This document shows, one piece after another, positions 7,760 through 17,153 of a stretch of 19,135 nt of DNA (position 1 is its first letter; each line of letters starts with the position of its first letter). Source of the stretch: a virus (Duplodnaviria; Heunggongvirae; Uroviricota; Caudoviricetes); IMG/VR virus record IMGVR_UViG_2585427745_000007, one strand, 5' to 3'. The notes under the pieces are model-generated. The model was not told the DNA's origin. It saw only the letters and a program-made list of their open reading frames with translations, and did no database searches. A program made the position numbers and the translations under genes.

Positions 7760-8788
7760 ATGGGATTGTTTACGACCCGCCAGTTACTCGGTTATACCGA
7801 ACAAAAAGTTAAATTCCGTGCGCTGTTTCTGGAGCTGTTTTTCCGCCGTACGGTGAATTTCCACACCGAAGAGGTGATGCTGGACAAAATTACCGGAAAA
7901 ACGCCGGTGGCGGCCTATGTCTCCCCGATCGTTGAAGGAAAAGTGCTTCGCCATCGCGGTGGTGAAACCCGCGTGTTACGTCCGGGCTACGTCAAGCCCA
8001 AACACGAATTTAATTACCAGCAGGCGGTTGAGCGCCTTCCTGGTGAAGATCCGGCTCAGCTGAACGACCCGGCCTACCGTCGTCTGCGTATCATTACCGA
8101 TAACCTCAAACAGGAAGAGCACGCCATTGTCCAGGTGGAAGAAATGCAGGCGGTGAATGCCGTGCTGTATGGCAAATACACCATGGAAGGGGATCAGTTT
8201 GATACTGTCGAGGTGGATTTCGGGCGCTCTGAAGGAAATAACATTGAGCAGGCTGACGGTAAAAAATGGTCTGAGCAGGACCGTGATACGTTTGATCCGA
8301 CGCATGATATTGACCTCTACTGCGATCAGGCCAGCGGCCTTGTGAATATCGCCATTATGGACGGTACGGTCTGGCGTCTGCTGAATGGCTTTAAGCTGTT
8401 CCGCGAAAAACTGGATACCCGTCGCGGCTCAAATTCACAACTCGAAACGGCAGTGAAAGACCTGGGGGCGGTGGTGTCCTTCAAGGGGTATTACGGCGAT
8501 CTGGCCATTGTGGTGGCGAAAACGTCTTATGTGGCAGAGGACGGTACCGAAAAACGTTATCTGCCGGAGGGCATGCTGGTGCTGGGGAATACGGCGGCAG
8601 AGGGGATTCGTTGCTATGGTGCCATTCAGGATGCACAGGCGTTGTCCGAAGGTGTGGTGGCTTCTTCCCGTTACCCGAAACACTGGCTGACCGTGGGCGA
8701 TCCGTCCTGTGAATTCACCATGACGCAGTCCGCTCCGCTGATGGTGCTGCCGGATCCGGATGAGTTTGTGGTGGTACAGGTGAAATAA
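7760..8788 (+). CDS. E: Major capsid protein E
   Basis: 342 aa; strong lambda gpE similarity (YVSPIV.G.V.R.RGG, PGYVKPKHE, DPAYRRLRII, LDTRRGSNS.LETAVKDLG); RBS AAGGAA upstream of ATG 7760. Confidence 0.95.
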   Translation: MGLFTTRQLLGYTEQKVKFRALFLELFFRRTVNFHTEEVMLDKITGKTPVAAYVSPIVEGKVLRHRGGETRVLRPGYVKPKHEFNYQQAVERLPGEDPAQLNDPAYRRLRIITDNLKQEEHAIVQVEEMQAVNAVLYGKYTMEGDQFDTVEVDFGRSEGNNIEQADGKKWSEQDRDTFDPTHDIDLYCDQASGLVNIAIMDGTVWRLLNGFKLFREKLDTRRGSNSQLETAVKDLGAVVSFKGYYGDLAIVVAKTSYVAEDGTEKRYLPEGMLVLGNTAAEGIRCYGAIQDAQALSEGVVASSRYPKHWLTVGDPSCEFTMTQSAPLMVLPDPDEFVVVQVK

Positions 8789-8796
8789 TCCGTGAG

Positions 8797-8826
8797 CGGG
8801 GGCGAAATGCCCCCGTGTCTTTTTTC
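8797..8826 (+). terminator. GC-rich hairpin (CGGGGGC GAAAT GCCCCCG) followed by TGTCTTTTTTC, between E and FI; intrinsic-terminator-like or attenuator
   Basis: 7-bp perfect GC stem with 5-nt loop and a downstream T-run, read directly from the sequence; the FI RBS (AGGAGG) lies immediately after it. Confidence 0.4.
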
Positions 8827-8839
8827 ACAGGAGGCTGAG

Positions 8840-9223
8840 ATGGCAACAAAAGAAGAAAATCTGAATCGTCTTCGTCAACTGGCTGGCCTGCTGGGGCGCG
8901 AGGCGGATATGTCGGGGAGTGCTGCGGATATTGCTCAACGTGTGTCTGAGTGGGAAGAGGAGCTTGCTGTTTCCCCGGAGGGCATTATGCACTCTGATGA
9001 GAGCGGGGCTGATCAAAATCACACAGACGATGGTGAGCAGTTGAACAACACGGATGCTCCGGATGATGTTAAAGCCGTCCGGGTACGGAAGTGCCTGCAA
9101 GTAATGGGGTATTGCCCGGAGACAGGCCGTCCCGTTGAACTGACGTACCGGGGTATGCGTGTTCTGGTGCCATCATCACTGGCAACGGCCATGATACAGC
9201 ACGGAACGGCTGAATATGCGTGA
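8840..9223 (+). CDS. FI: DNA packaging protein FI
   Basis: Position between E and FII, with an acidic central region as in lambda gpFI. Start chosen at ATG 8840 with AGGAGG RBS rather than the ORF-track GTG at 8792. Confidence 0.85.
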   Translation: MATKEENLNRLRQLAGLLGREADMSGSAADIAQRVSEWEEELAVSPEGIMHSDESGADQNHTDDGEQLNNTDAPDDVKAVRVRKCLQVMGYCPETGRPVELTYRGMRVLVPSSLATAMIQHGTAEYA

Positions 9224-9569
9224 TTTTCAGAATGCCTTTGATGCTGCCCTCGCCGGGGTGGACAGTACGATCGTTGAAGTGATGGGGATCCGTGCGCAGT
9301 TCACCTCGGGGGCACAGTGTGGCGGCGAAGTTCAGGGGGTTTTTGACGATCCGGAGTCGCTGGGTTTTGCCGGTGGCGGGGTCCGTATTGAAGGAAGCAG
9401 CCCGTCATTATTTGTGCGGACGGATACGGTGCGTGCCGTGCGGCGTGGTGACACGCTGACCATTAACGGCGAGATGTTCTGGGTGGATCGTGTTTCTCCG
9501 GATGACGGGGGAAGCTGTTATCTCTGGCTCAACCGTGGGCAACCACCCGCTGTTAACCGGCGACGATAA
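9216..9569 (+). CDS. FII: Head-tail connector protein FII
   Basis: 117 aa; C-terminus FWVDRVSPDDGGSCYLWLNRGQPPAVNRRR is nearly identical to lambda gpFII. Confidence 0.95.
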   Translation: MRDFQNAFDAALAGVDSTIVEVMGIRAQFTSGAQCGGEVQGVFDDPESLGFAGGGVRIEGSSPSLFVRTDTVRAVRRGDTLTINGEMFWVDRVSPDDGGSCYLWLNRGQPPAVNRRR

Positions 9570-9584
9570 ACGCAGGGTGAAATT

Positions 9585-10118
9585 ATGGCGATAAAAGGGC
9601 TTGATCAGGCGATTGATAATCTGAGCCGGGTTCGTAAAAACGCCATTCCGGCGGCTTCAGCAATGGCCATTAACCGCGTGGCCACAACGGCGATTAATCA
9701 GTCTTCATCACAGGTTGCCCGGGAGACAAAGGTTCGCCGGAAACTGGTTAAGGAACGGTCCAGACTGAAACGGGCGACGGTCAGAAATCCGAATGCCAGA
9801 ATTATCGTTAACCGCGGTGATCTCCCTGTGATTAAGCTGGGGATCAGGATGCTGGGGCGTCGCCCGAACAGCATACTTAAAGCCGGTCAGCATCGGTATC
9901 AGCGGGCATTTATTCAGCGATTAAAAAATGGTCGCTGGCATGTCATGCAGCGTGTGGCCGGGAAAAACCGTTACCCCATTGATGTGGTGAAAATCCCGAT
10001 GGCGGCCCCACTGAAACAGGCATTTGATGAGAATGTTGACCGTATCCGGCGTGAACGCCTGCCTAAAGAACTGGCATACGCGCTGAAACAACAACTGAGG
10101 ATTGCGATAAAACGATGA
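9585..10118 (+). CDS. Z: Minor tail protein Z (tail completion)
   Basis: 177 aa; MAIKGLDQAIDNLSRV...VARETKVRRKLVKERSRLKRATV...NGRWHVMQRVAGKNRYPIDVVKIPMA is gpZ-like. Confidence 0.93.
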   Translation: MAIKGLDQAIDNLSRVRKNAIPAASAMAINRVATTAINQSSSQVARETKVRRKLVKERSRLKRATVRNPNARIIVNRGDLPVIKLGIRMLGRRPNSILKAGQHRYQRAFIQRLKNGRWHVMQRVAGKNRYPIDVVKIPMAAPLKQAFDENVDRIRRERLPKELAYALKQQLRIAIKR

Positions 10119-10510
10119 AACACACTGACATTCGTGCCGCAGTGCTGGATGCACTCGAGCAGCATGAACACGGGGCGACGCTGTTTGATGGTCGCCCCGT
10201 TGTTTTTGACGAAGAGGATTTTCCTGCGATCGCGGTTTATCTGACGGATGCAGAGTATACCGGTGAAGAGCTGGATGCAGATACCTGGCGGGCCACACTG
10301 CATATTGAGGTGTTTTTACCGGCACAGGTACCGGATTCAGAGCTCGATCAGTGGATGGAAAGCCGGATTTACCCGGCGATGACCGCGATCCCGGCACTGG
10401 CAGGACTGATTACCACGATGGTTACGCAGGGCTATGAGTATCGTCGTGATGACGATATGGCGTTATGGAGTTCTGCAGATCTGACTTATTCCATTACATA
10501 CGAGATGTGA
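10115..10510 (+). CDS. U: Tail terminator protein U
   Basis: 131 aa; [28 protein letters not shown]...LTYSITYEM is gpU-like; ATGA overlap with the Z stop. Confidence 0.95.
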   Translation: MKHTDIRAAVLDALEQHEHGATLFDGRPVVFDEEDFPAIAVYLTDAEYTGEELDADTWRATLHIEVFLPAQVPDSELDQWMESRIYPAMTAIPALAGLITTMVTQGYEYRRDDDMALWSSADLTYSITYEM

Positions 10511-10517
10511 GGACGAT

Positions 10518-11264
10518 ATGGCAACACCAAATCCCCTTGAGCCGGTAAAAGGTGCCGGTACCACTCTGTGGGTTTACAACGGCAAGGGTGATGCTTATGC
10601 AAACCCGTTGTCAGACGATGACTGGCAGCGACTGGCTAAGGTGAAGGATCTGACGCCGGGCGAGATGACGGCAGAATCCTACGATGATAACTACCTGGAT
10701 GATGAAGACGCGGACTGGACCGCGACCGGGCAGGGACAGAAATCTGCAGGTGATACCAGTTTTACGCTGGCCTGGAAACCGGGAGAGGAAGGCCAGAAAG
10801 GGCTTATAGGCTGGTTTGAAAGCGGCGATGTCCGGGCCTATAAAATCCGTTTTCCGAATGGCACGGTGGATGTGTTTCGTGGCTGGGTCAGCAGTATCGG
10901 TAAGGCCGTGACGGCGAAAGAAGTGATCACCCGCACGGTGAAAGTCACTAACGTGGGTAAACCTTCTGTAGCGGAAGAACGCAGCAAAATTACGCCGGTC
11001 ACTGCGATTAAGGTAACGCCGACAGGTACGGTTGAAAAAGGGAAAACAACCACCCTGACCGTTACTGTGGAACCGGAAAATGCAACGGATAAGACATTCA
11101 GGGCGATTTCCGCCGATCCATCAAAAGCCACCATTAGCGTGAAAGATATGACGATTACTGTGACGGGGGTTAAGGATGGAAAAGTCAGCATCCCTGTGAT
11201 TTCCGGTAATGGTCAGTTTGCTGCGGTGGCTGAAATTACCGTTAATAATGTGCCGGGTGGCTAA
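10518..11264 (+). CDS. V: Major tail (tube) protein V with C-terminal Ig-like (Big_2-type) domain
   Basis: 248 aa; [37 protein letters not shown]...[38 protein letters not shown] is gpV-like. Confidence 0.95.
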   Translation: MATPNPLEPVKGAGTTLWVYNGKGDAYANPLSDDDWQRLAKVKDLTPGEMTAESYDDNYLDDEDADWTATGQGQKSAGDTSFTLAWKPGEEGQKGLIGWFESGDVRAYKIRFPNGTVDVFRGWVSSIGKAVTAKEVITRTVKVTNVGKPSVAEERSKITPVTAIKVTPTGTVEKGKTTTLTVTVEPENATDKTFRAISADPSKATISVKDMTITVTGVKDGKVSIPVISGNGQFAAVAEITVNNVPGG

Positions 11265-11282
11265 AGAGCTGAGAGATAAGCG

Positions 11283-11714
11283 ATGTTCCTGAAAACAGAA
11301 CAATTTGAATATAACGGTGTATCCGTCACGCTTTCTGAGCTGTCTGCGCTGCAGCGTATTGAGCATCTTGCCCTCCTGAAACGGCGGGCAGAAGAGGCTG
11401 AAGCCAGCGGCAACCTGCAGGTGAGTGTGGAAGATCTTGTCAGAACCGGCGCGTTTCTGGTGGCGATGTCCCTGTGGCATAACCATCCACAGAAAACGCA
11501 GTCACCGTCAATGAATGAGGCCGTGATGAAGATAGAGCAGGAAGTGCTCACCACCTGGCCTGCAGATGCCATTGCCCGGGCGGAAGACGTGGTGTTGTGC
11601 CTGTCCGGGATGATCGAAGCTGTTCGTCCGGATACTGATATTACTGAAGTGGCGAAAAATAACACGCTGACTGATGATGATTTTTCTGCGGGAAAGTCTT
11701 CGACGGCGAGCTGA
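11283..11714 (+). CDS. G: Tail assembly chaperone G
   Basis: 143 aa; MFLKTEQFEYNGVSVTLSELSALQRIEHLALLKRRAEEAEAS... is gpG-like. Confidence 0.93.
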   Translation: MFLKTEQFEYNGVSVTLSELSALQRIEHLALLKRRAEEAEASGNLQVSVEDLVRTGAFLVAMSLWHNHPQKTQSPSMNEAVMKIEQEVLTTWPADAIARAEDVVLCLSGMIEAVRPDTDITEVAKNNTLTDDDFSAGKSSTAS

Positions 11715-12154
11715 ACTTTGCCCTCAGACTGGCGCGTGAGATGGGGAGACCCGACTGGCGCGCCATGCTTGCCGGGATGACATCCACCGAATATGCCGAC
11801 TGGCACCGTTTTTACCGCACGCATTATTTTCAGGATACCCAGCTGGATATGCATTTTTCCGGGCTGACGTACGCTGTACTCAGCCTGTTTTTTTGCGATC
11901 CGGATATGCATCCCTCTGATTTCAGTCTGCTTGTCCCCCGGCATGAGGAAGAGCAGGTGGAGAGGCCGGATGAGGACAAAATGCTGATGCAGAAAGCGGC
12001 AGGACTTGCCGGAGGCGTCCGGTTCGGTGGGGACGGAGGGCGCGATATTTTATCGTCTGCGGATGTGGCGGATGTCATGGTGGATGATGCCGCATTAATG
12101 ATGGCTTCAGCGGGGATTCCGGGAGGTGTGAGATATGTCCCAGCCGGTTGGTGA
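11283..12154 (+). CDS. T: Tail assembly protein G-T fusion, made by programmed -1 ribosomal frameshift at the slippery heptamer G_GGA_AAG (11690-11696)
   Basis: Slippery heptamer GGGAAAG lies 18 nt before the G stop; the -1 frame continues open to 12154, and the shifted reading (...GRPDWRAMLAGMTSTEYADWHRFY...) is gpT-like. Confidence 0.85.
11690..11696 (+). promoter_or_regulatory. Programmed -1 ribosomal frameshift slippery site (G GGA AAG) for the G to G-T switch
   Basis: Canonical X_XXY_YYZ heptamer in the G reading frame, identical to the lambda G-T site. Confidence 0.85.
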
Positions 12155-14687
12155 TCTTGTTATTGACCTTAGTCTGGATGCTGTCCGTTTCGATGAGCAG
12201 ATGAGCCGGGTAAGGCGTCATTTTTCAGGTCTGGATACCGACGCCAGAAAAACCGCCAGTGCTGTTGAACAGGGCCTGAGCCGCCAGGCGCTGGCTGCAC
12301 AAAAAGCCGGGATTTCCGTCGGGCAGTATAAAGCGGCCATGCGAACCCTGCCCGCACAGTTTACGGATATCGCCACGCAGCTTGCCGGTGGTCAGAATCC
12401 CTGGCTCATCCTGCTGCAACAGGGCGGTCAGGTGAAGGACTCCTTCGGCGGGATGATCCCCATGTTCAGGGGGCTTGCCGGTGCGATCACCCTGCCGATG
12501 GTCGGGGTCACCTCGCTGGCGGTGGCGACAGGTGCGCTGGTGTACGCCTGGTACCAGGGAGATTCCACGCTTTCAGCGTTTAATAAAACCCTGGTTCTTT
12601 CCGGTAATCAGTCCGGACTGACTGCCGATCGTATGCTGACTCTCTCAAGAGCCGGGCAGGCAGCAGGGCTGACGTTTAACCAGGCGAGAGAGTCACTGGC
12701 AGCCCTGGTGAATGCCGGTGTGCGTGGTGGTGAACAGTTTGATGCCATCAACCAGAGTGTCGCGCGTTTTGCGTCTGCATCCGGTGTGGAGGTGGATAAA
12801 GTCGCTGAAGCCTTCGGGAAGCTGACCACTGACCCGACGTCGGGACTGATGGCGATGGCGCGCCAGTTCCGTAACGTGACGGCAGAGCAGATTGCGTATG
12901 TTGCACAGCTGCAGCGTTCCGGAGACGAGGCCGGGGCATTGCAGGCGGCGAACGATATCGCCACGAAAGGCTTTGATGAGCAGACCCGTCGCCTGAAAGA
13001 AAACATGGGAACACTGGAGACCTGGGCGGATAAAACAGGGAAGGCATTCAAATCGATGTGGGATGCCATTCTGGATATCGGTCGTCCTGAATCCTCAGCG
13101 GATATGCTCGCCAGTGCGCAGAAGGCATTTGATGAGGCGGATAAAAAATGGCAGTGGTACCAGAGCCGGAGCCAGCGCCGGGGAAAGACCTCCTCTTTTC
13201 GTGCGAACCTTCAGGGGGCATGGGATGACCGGGAAAATGCCCGTCTGGGTCTGGCAGCGGCCACGCTGCAGTCGGATATGGAAAAAGCCGGTGAACTGGC
13301 GGCAAGGGACCGGGCTGAGCGTGAGGCGTCACAGCTGAAGTATACCGGAGAGGCGCAGAAGGCGTATGAGCGCCTGCAGACGCCGCTGGATAAATATACC
13401 GCCCGTCAGAAAGAGCTGAATAAGGCCCTGAAAGACGGAAAAATCCTGCAGGCGGATTACAACACGCTGATGGCGTCGGCAAAAAAGGATTATGAATCGA
13501 CGCTGAAAAAGCCGTCAGGTGTGAAGGTGTCTGCCGGTGAGCGCCAGGAAGACCGGGCGCATGCAGCCATGCTGGCGCTTGAAACCGAGCTCAGGACGCT
13601 GGAAAAACACAGCGGTGTGAATGAGAAAATCAGCCAGCAGCGCCGGGATTTATGGGAAGCGGAAAATCAGTATGTGGTCCTGAAAGAGGCCGCCACGAAA
13701 CGGCAGTTATCTGAGCAGGAAAAATCCCTGCTGGCCCATGAGAAAGAAACGCTGGAGTACAAACGCCAGCTGGCTGAGCTGGGCGACAAGATAGAACACC
13801 AGAAGCGGCTGAATGAGCTGGCACAGCAGGCGGCGCGGTTTGAGCAGCAGCAGAGCGCAAAAGCCCGCGGCCTCACTGACCGTCAGGCGCAGCGGGAGTC
13901 GGAAGAGCAGCGCCTTCGTGAGGTGTACGGTGATAATCCGGCTGCGCTGGCGAAGGCCACATCGGCACTGAAGAACACCTGGTCTGCGGAGGAGCAGCTT
14001 CGTGGAAGCTGGATGGCCGGGATGAAGTCCGGCTGGGGCGAGTGGGCGGAAAGTGCGACGGACAGTTTTTCGCAGGTTAAAAACGCGGCCACGCAGACCT
14101 TTGACGGTATTGCACAGAATATGGCGGCGATGCTGACCGGCAGTGAGCAGAACTGGCGTGGTTTCACCCGTTCCGTGCTCTCCATGCTGACAGAGATTTT
14201 TCTGAAGCAGGCAATGGTGGGGATTGTCGGAAGTATCGGCAGCGCCATTGGCGGGGCTGTTGGTGGTGGCGCATCCGCGTCAGGCGGTACAGCCATTCAG
14301 GCAGCTGCGGCGAAATTCCATTTTGCGACCGGAGGATTTACGGGAACCGGCGGCAAATATGAACCTGCGGGGATTGTTCATCGCGGGGAGTTTGTCTTCA
14401 CGAAGGAGGCGACCAGCCGGATTGGTGTCGGCAATCTGTACCGCCTGATGCGGGGCTATGCGGAAGGTGGTTATGTCGGCGGTGCCGGAAGTCCGGCGCA
14501 GATGCGGCGGGCGGAAGGCATTAATTTTAATCAGAACAATCACGTGGTGATTCAGAACGACGGCCCCAACGGGCGGGCAGGGCCGCAGCTGATGAAAGCG
14601 GTGTATGAGATGGCCCGCAAGGGGGCACAGGATGAACTCCGGCTGCAGTTGCGTGATGGCGGTATGTTATCAGGGAGCGGTGGATGA
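12135..14687 (+). CDS. H: Tail tape measure protein H
   Basis: 850 aa; collinear similarity to lambda gpH (MSQPVGDLVIDLSLDAVRFDEQMSRVRRHFSG... and the C-terminal GGFTGTGGKYEPAGIVHRGEFVFTKEATSRIG); GGGAGG RBS upstream. Confidence 0.95.
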   Translation: MSQPVGDLVIDLSLDAVRFDEQMSRVRRHFSGLDTDARKTASAVEQGLSRQALAAQKAGISVGQYKAAMRTLPAQFTDIATQLAGGQNPWLILLQQGGQVKDSFGGMIPMFRGLAGAITLPMVGVTSLAVATGALVYAWYQGDSTLSAFNKTLVLSGNQSGLTADRMLTLSRAGQAAGLTFNQARESLAALVNAGVRGGEQFDAINQSVARFASASGVEVDKVAEAFGKLTTDPTSGLMAMARQFRNVTAEQIAYVAQLQRSGDEAGALQAANDIATKGFDEQTRRLKENMGTLETWADKTGKAFKSMWDAILDIGRPESSADMLASAQKAFDEADKKWQWYQSRSQRRGKTSSFRANLQGAWDDRENARLGLAAATLQSDMEKAGELAARDRAEREASQLKYTGEAQKAYERLQTPLDKYTARQKELNKALKDGKILQADYNTLMASAKKDYESTLKKPSGVKVSAGERQEDRAHAAMLALETELRTLEKHSGVNEKISQQRRDLWEAENQYVVLKEAATKRQLSEQEKSLLAHEKETLEYKRQLAELGDKIEHQKRLNELAQQAARFEQQQSAKARGLTDRQAQRESEEQRLREVYGDNPAALAKATSALKNTWSAEEQLRGSWMAGMKSGWGEWAESATDSFSQVKNAATQTFDGIAQNMAAMLTGSEQNWRGFTRSVLSMLTEIFLKQAMVGIVGSIGSAIGGAVGGGASASGGTAIQAAAAKFHFATGGFTGTGGKYEPAGIVHRGEFVFTKEATSRIGVGNLYRLMRGYAEGGYVGGAGSPAQMRRAEGINFNQNNHVVIQNDGPNGRAGPQLMKAVYEMARKGAQDELRLQLRDGGMLSGSGG

Positions 14688-15013
14688 AAACCTTTCGCTG
14701 GAAAGTGAAGCCGGATATGGAGGTGAACTCGCAGCCATCGGTGCGTGAAGTGCGTTTTGGTTACGGGTACTCACAGCGTATGGCGGCAGGGCTGAATGCT
14801 GACCTGAAAACATACAGGGTGACGCTTTCCGTGACCCGGGAGGAGGCCCGGCATCTGGAAGCGTTCCTGGCAGAGCACGGTGGCTGGAAGGCATTTTTGT
14901 GGAAGCCACCCTATGCATACCGGCAGATAAAGGTGACCTGTGCCGGGTGGTCTGCGCGGGTCGGGATGTTGCGCGTTGAGTTCAGCGCGGAGTTTAAGCA
15001 GGTGGTGAACTGA
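14684..15013 (+). CDS. M: Minor tail protein M
   Basis: 109 aa; MKTFRWKVKP...LKTYRVTLSV...HGGWKAFLWKPPY..RQIKVTCAGWSARVGMLRVEFSAEFKQVVN is gpM-like; ATGA overlap with H. Confidence 0.95.
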   Translation: MKTFRWKVKPDMEVNSQPSVREVRFGYGYSQRMAAGLNADLKTYRVTLSVTREEARHLEAFLAEHGGWKAFLWKPPYAYRQIKVTCAGWSARVGMLRVEFSAEFKQVVN

Positions 15014-15711
15014 TGCAGGATATTCGCGAAGAAAGTCTGAACGAGTCGGTTAAGTCAGAGCAGTCACCGCGGGTGGTACTCTGGGAAATCGACCTGACGG
15101 TGCAGGGCGGTGAGCGGTATTTTTTCTGCAATGAGCTGAATGAAAAAGGGGAGCCGGTGACCTGGCAGGGGCGTGAATATCAGGCGTACCCGATTGAGGG
15201 GAGTGGCTTTGAGATGAACGGGAAGGGCAGCAGTGCCAGACCATCGCTGACGGTGTCCAATCTGTTTGGTCTGGTCACCGGGATGGCGGAAGACCTGCAG
15301 AGTCTGGTGGGGGCCACGGTGGTCCGCCGCCGGGTGTATGCCCGTTTTCTGGATGCGGTGAATTTCGTTGCGGGCAATCCGGAGGCGGACCCGGAGCAGG
15401 AGCTGAGTGACCGCTGGGTGGTGGAGCAGATGTCGCAGCTGACAGCCATGACGGCCTCGTTTGTGCTGGCTACACCGACCGAGACGGACGGGGCGCTGTT
15501 TCCCGGTCGCATCATGCTGGCGAACACCTGTATGTGGGATTACCGGGGAGATGAATGCGGGTATAACGGTCCTGCGGTGGCGGATGAGTTCGACAACCCC
15601 ACCACGGATATCCGTAAGGACAGATGCAGCAAGTGCATGCGCGGGTGTGAACTGCGCAGGAATGTCGGCAATTTTGGCGGTTTCCTTTCCATTAATAAAC
15701 TTTCGCAGTAA
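15013..15711 (+). CDS. L: Minor tail protein L
   Basis: 232 aa; VVLWEIDLT..GGERYFFCNE.NEKGEPVTWQGREYQ and the C-terminal Cys cluster (CSKCMRGC...NVGNFGGFLSINKLSQ) are gpL-like. Confidence 0.95.
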   Translation: MQDIREESLNESVKSEQSPRVVLWEIDLTVQGGERYFFCNELNEKGEPVTWQGREYQAYPIEGSGFEMNGKGSSARPSLTVSNLFGLVTGMAEDLQSLVGATVVRRRVYARFLDAVNFVAGNPEADPEQELSDRWVVEQMSQLTAMTASFVLATPTETDGALFPGRIMLANTCMWDYRGDECGYNGPAVADEFDNPTTDIRKDRCSKCMRGCELRRNVGNFGGFLSINKLSQ

Positions 15712-15721
15712 ATCCCGGTTT

Positions 15722-16465
15722 ATGACACAGACTGAATCAGCGATTCTGGCGCATGCCCGGCGGTGTGCGCCTGCGGAGTCGTGCGGCTTCGTGATAAGCA
15801 CGCCGGAGGGGGAGTGGTATATCCCTTGTGTGAATATTTCTGCAGAGCCGGAGGCGTATTTTCGTATCGCACCGGAAGACTGGCTGCGGGCAGAGATGCA
15901 GGGGGAGATTGTGGCACTGGTCCACAGTCATCCCGGTGGGCTGCCCTGGCTGAGCGAGGCTGACCGGCGGCTGCAGATAAAAAGCGCACTGCCCTGGTGG
16001 CTGGTCTGCCGGGGTGACATTCACAAATTCCGCTGTGTGCCACATCTGACAGGACGGCGCTTTGAGCACGGGGTGACGGACTGTTACACGCTGTTCCGGG
16101 ATGCTTATCATCTGGCGGGGACTGAGATGCCGGATTTTCATCGCGAGGATGACTGGTGGCGCAACGGTCAGAACCTTTACCTGGACAATATGGCGGTCAC
16201 CGGCTTTTACCGGGTGCCCCTGTCCTCTGCACAGGCGGGCGATATTCTGCTGTGCTGCTTTGGTGCTTCGGTACCGAACCATGCCGCCATTTACTGCGGC
16301 AACGGTGAGCTGCTTCACCATCTGCCTGAACAACTGAGTAAACGGGAGAGGTATTCCGAAAAATGGCAACGACGAACGCATTCAGTCTGGCGTCACCGCC
16401 ACTGGCACGCATCTGCCTTCACGGGGATTTACAACGATTTGGCCGCCGCCTCAGCCTGTATGTGA
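15722..16465 (+). CDS. K: Tail assembly protein K (N-terminal JAMM/MPN+ metalloprotease-like motif, C-terminal NlpC/P60-like domain)
   Basis: MTQTESAILAHARRCAPAESCGF... with HSHPGGLPWLSEAD (HxHx7SxxD) and a Cys/His pair (DCYTLF, NHAAIY). Start taken at ATG 15722 rather than the ORF-track upstream extension into L; overlaps I by 103 nt. Confidence 0.88.
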   Translation: MTQTESAILAHARRCAPAESCGFVISTPEGEWYIPCVNISAEPEAYFRIAPEDWLRAEMQGEIVALVHSHPGGLPWLSEADRRLQIKSALPWWLVCRGDIHKFRCVPHLTGRRFEHGVTDCYTLFRDAYHLAGTEMPDFHREDDWWRNGQNLYLDNMAVTGFYRVPLSSAQAGDILLCCFGASVPNHAAIYCGNGELLHHLPEQLSKRERYSEKWQRRTHSVWRHRHWHASAFTGIYNDLAAASACM

Positions 16466-17043
16466 ACACGGCAGCGGAAGCCATTCGCGCCCTGTCGATG
16501 CAGATGCCGGGCTTTCGCCGTCAGATGAACGAAGGCTGGTACCAGATACGTATTGCCGGTTATGACACGGCACCGGAGGCGGTGTACGCCCGTCTTCACG
16601 AACAGCTGGGTGAGGGAACGGTCATCCACATTGTGCCGCGACTGGCCGGGGCCGGAAAGGGTGGACTGCAGATTGTGCTGGGGGCGGCAGCCATCGTGGG
16701 CTCTTTCTTCACTGCCGGGGCATCAATGGCGTTATGGGGTTCAGCCCTGGCAGCCGGTGGTTTTTCTGCCACCACGATGCTGTTTTCACTTGGAGCCAGC
16801 ATGATTCTGGGCGGTGTGGCCCAGATGCTGGCCCCGAAGGCAAAAACACCGGATTACCGCGCAACGGATAACGGCAGACAGAACACGTACTTTTCCTCAC
16901 TGGATAACATGATTGCCCAGGGGAACCCGATGCCGGTGCCTTACGGGGAAATGCTGGTTGGCTCCCGCCGTATATCCCAGGACATCAGCACCCGTGATGA
17001 AGGCGGGGGCGGAAAGGTCGTGGTTATCGGGCGGCAGGGGTAA
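16363..17043 (+). CDS. I: Tail assembly protein I
   Basis: 226 aa; MATTNAFSLASPPLARICLHGDLQRFGRR... and the glycine-rich hydrophobic C-terminus are gpI-like. Confidence 0.93.
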   Translation: MATTNAFSLASPPLARICLHGDLQRFGRRLSLYVNTAAEAIRALSMQMPGFRRQMNEGWYQIRIAGYDTAPEAVYARLHEQLGEGTVIHIVPRLAGAGKGGLQIVLGAAAIVGSFFTAGASMALWGSALAAGGFSATTMLFSLGASMILGGVAQMLAPKAKTPDYRATDNGRQNTYFSSLDNMIAQGNPMPVPYGEMLVGSRRISQDISTRDEGGGGKVVVIGRQG

Positions 17044-17089
17044 AAAGAATAAAAAAATCCCGCAGTGATCGCGGACAGGAACTGCGGGA
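17044..17089 (-). terminator. Intrinsic terminator on the minus strand: 8-bp stem (UCCCGCAG/CUGCGGGA) followed by UUUUUUUAUUCUUUUU
   Basis: Inverted repeat at 17058-17065 and 17082-17089, with an A-run on the plus strand (17044-17057) that is a U-tract on the minus strand; lies immediately after the I stop codon. Confidence 0.5.
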
Positions 17090-17147
17090 GAGTTACGAAG
17101 ATTAAGTGTAAGGAATTATTCTTATATCACGACAAAAAAATTAACGC
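17050..17147 (-). ncRNA. Candidate small noncoding RNA (about 100 nt) in the I-J intergenic insertion, defined by a promoter-like element and an intrinsic terminator
   Basis: No ORF in the predicted transcript (no ATG; GTG followed by an immediate stop); bounded by the -35/-10 element at 17154-17181 and the terminator at 17044-17089. Purely sequence-based prediction. Confidence 0.3.
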
Positions 17148-17153
17148 AGAGAA

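Noticed and set aside
8792-8839. ORF-track GTG start for FI at 8792
   Set aside because: That start lies within the hairpin directly after the E stop; the ATG at 8840 has a canonical AGGAGG RBS.
9585-10118. Z appears about 15 aa shorter than lambda gpZ, lacking a basic Arg/Lys-rich stretch
   Set aside because: This depends entirely on my unverified recollection of the lambda gpZ sequence; not reliable enough to report as a finding.
15461-15721. ORF-track upstream extension of K (start 15461) overlapping the 3' half of L
   Set aside because: The extension is the wrong frame of L; homology to K begins at MTQTESAILAHARR (ATG 15722), just after the L stop.
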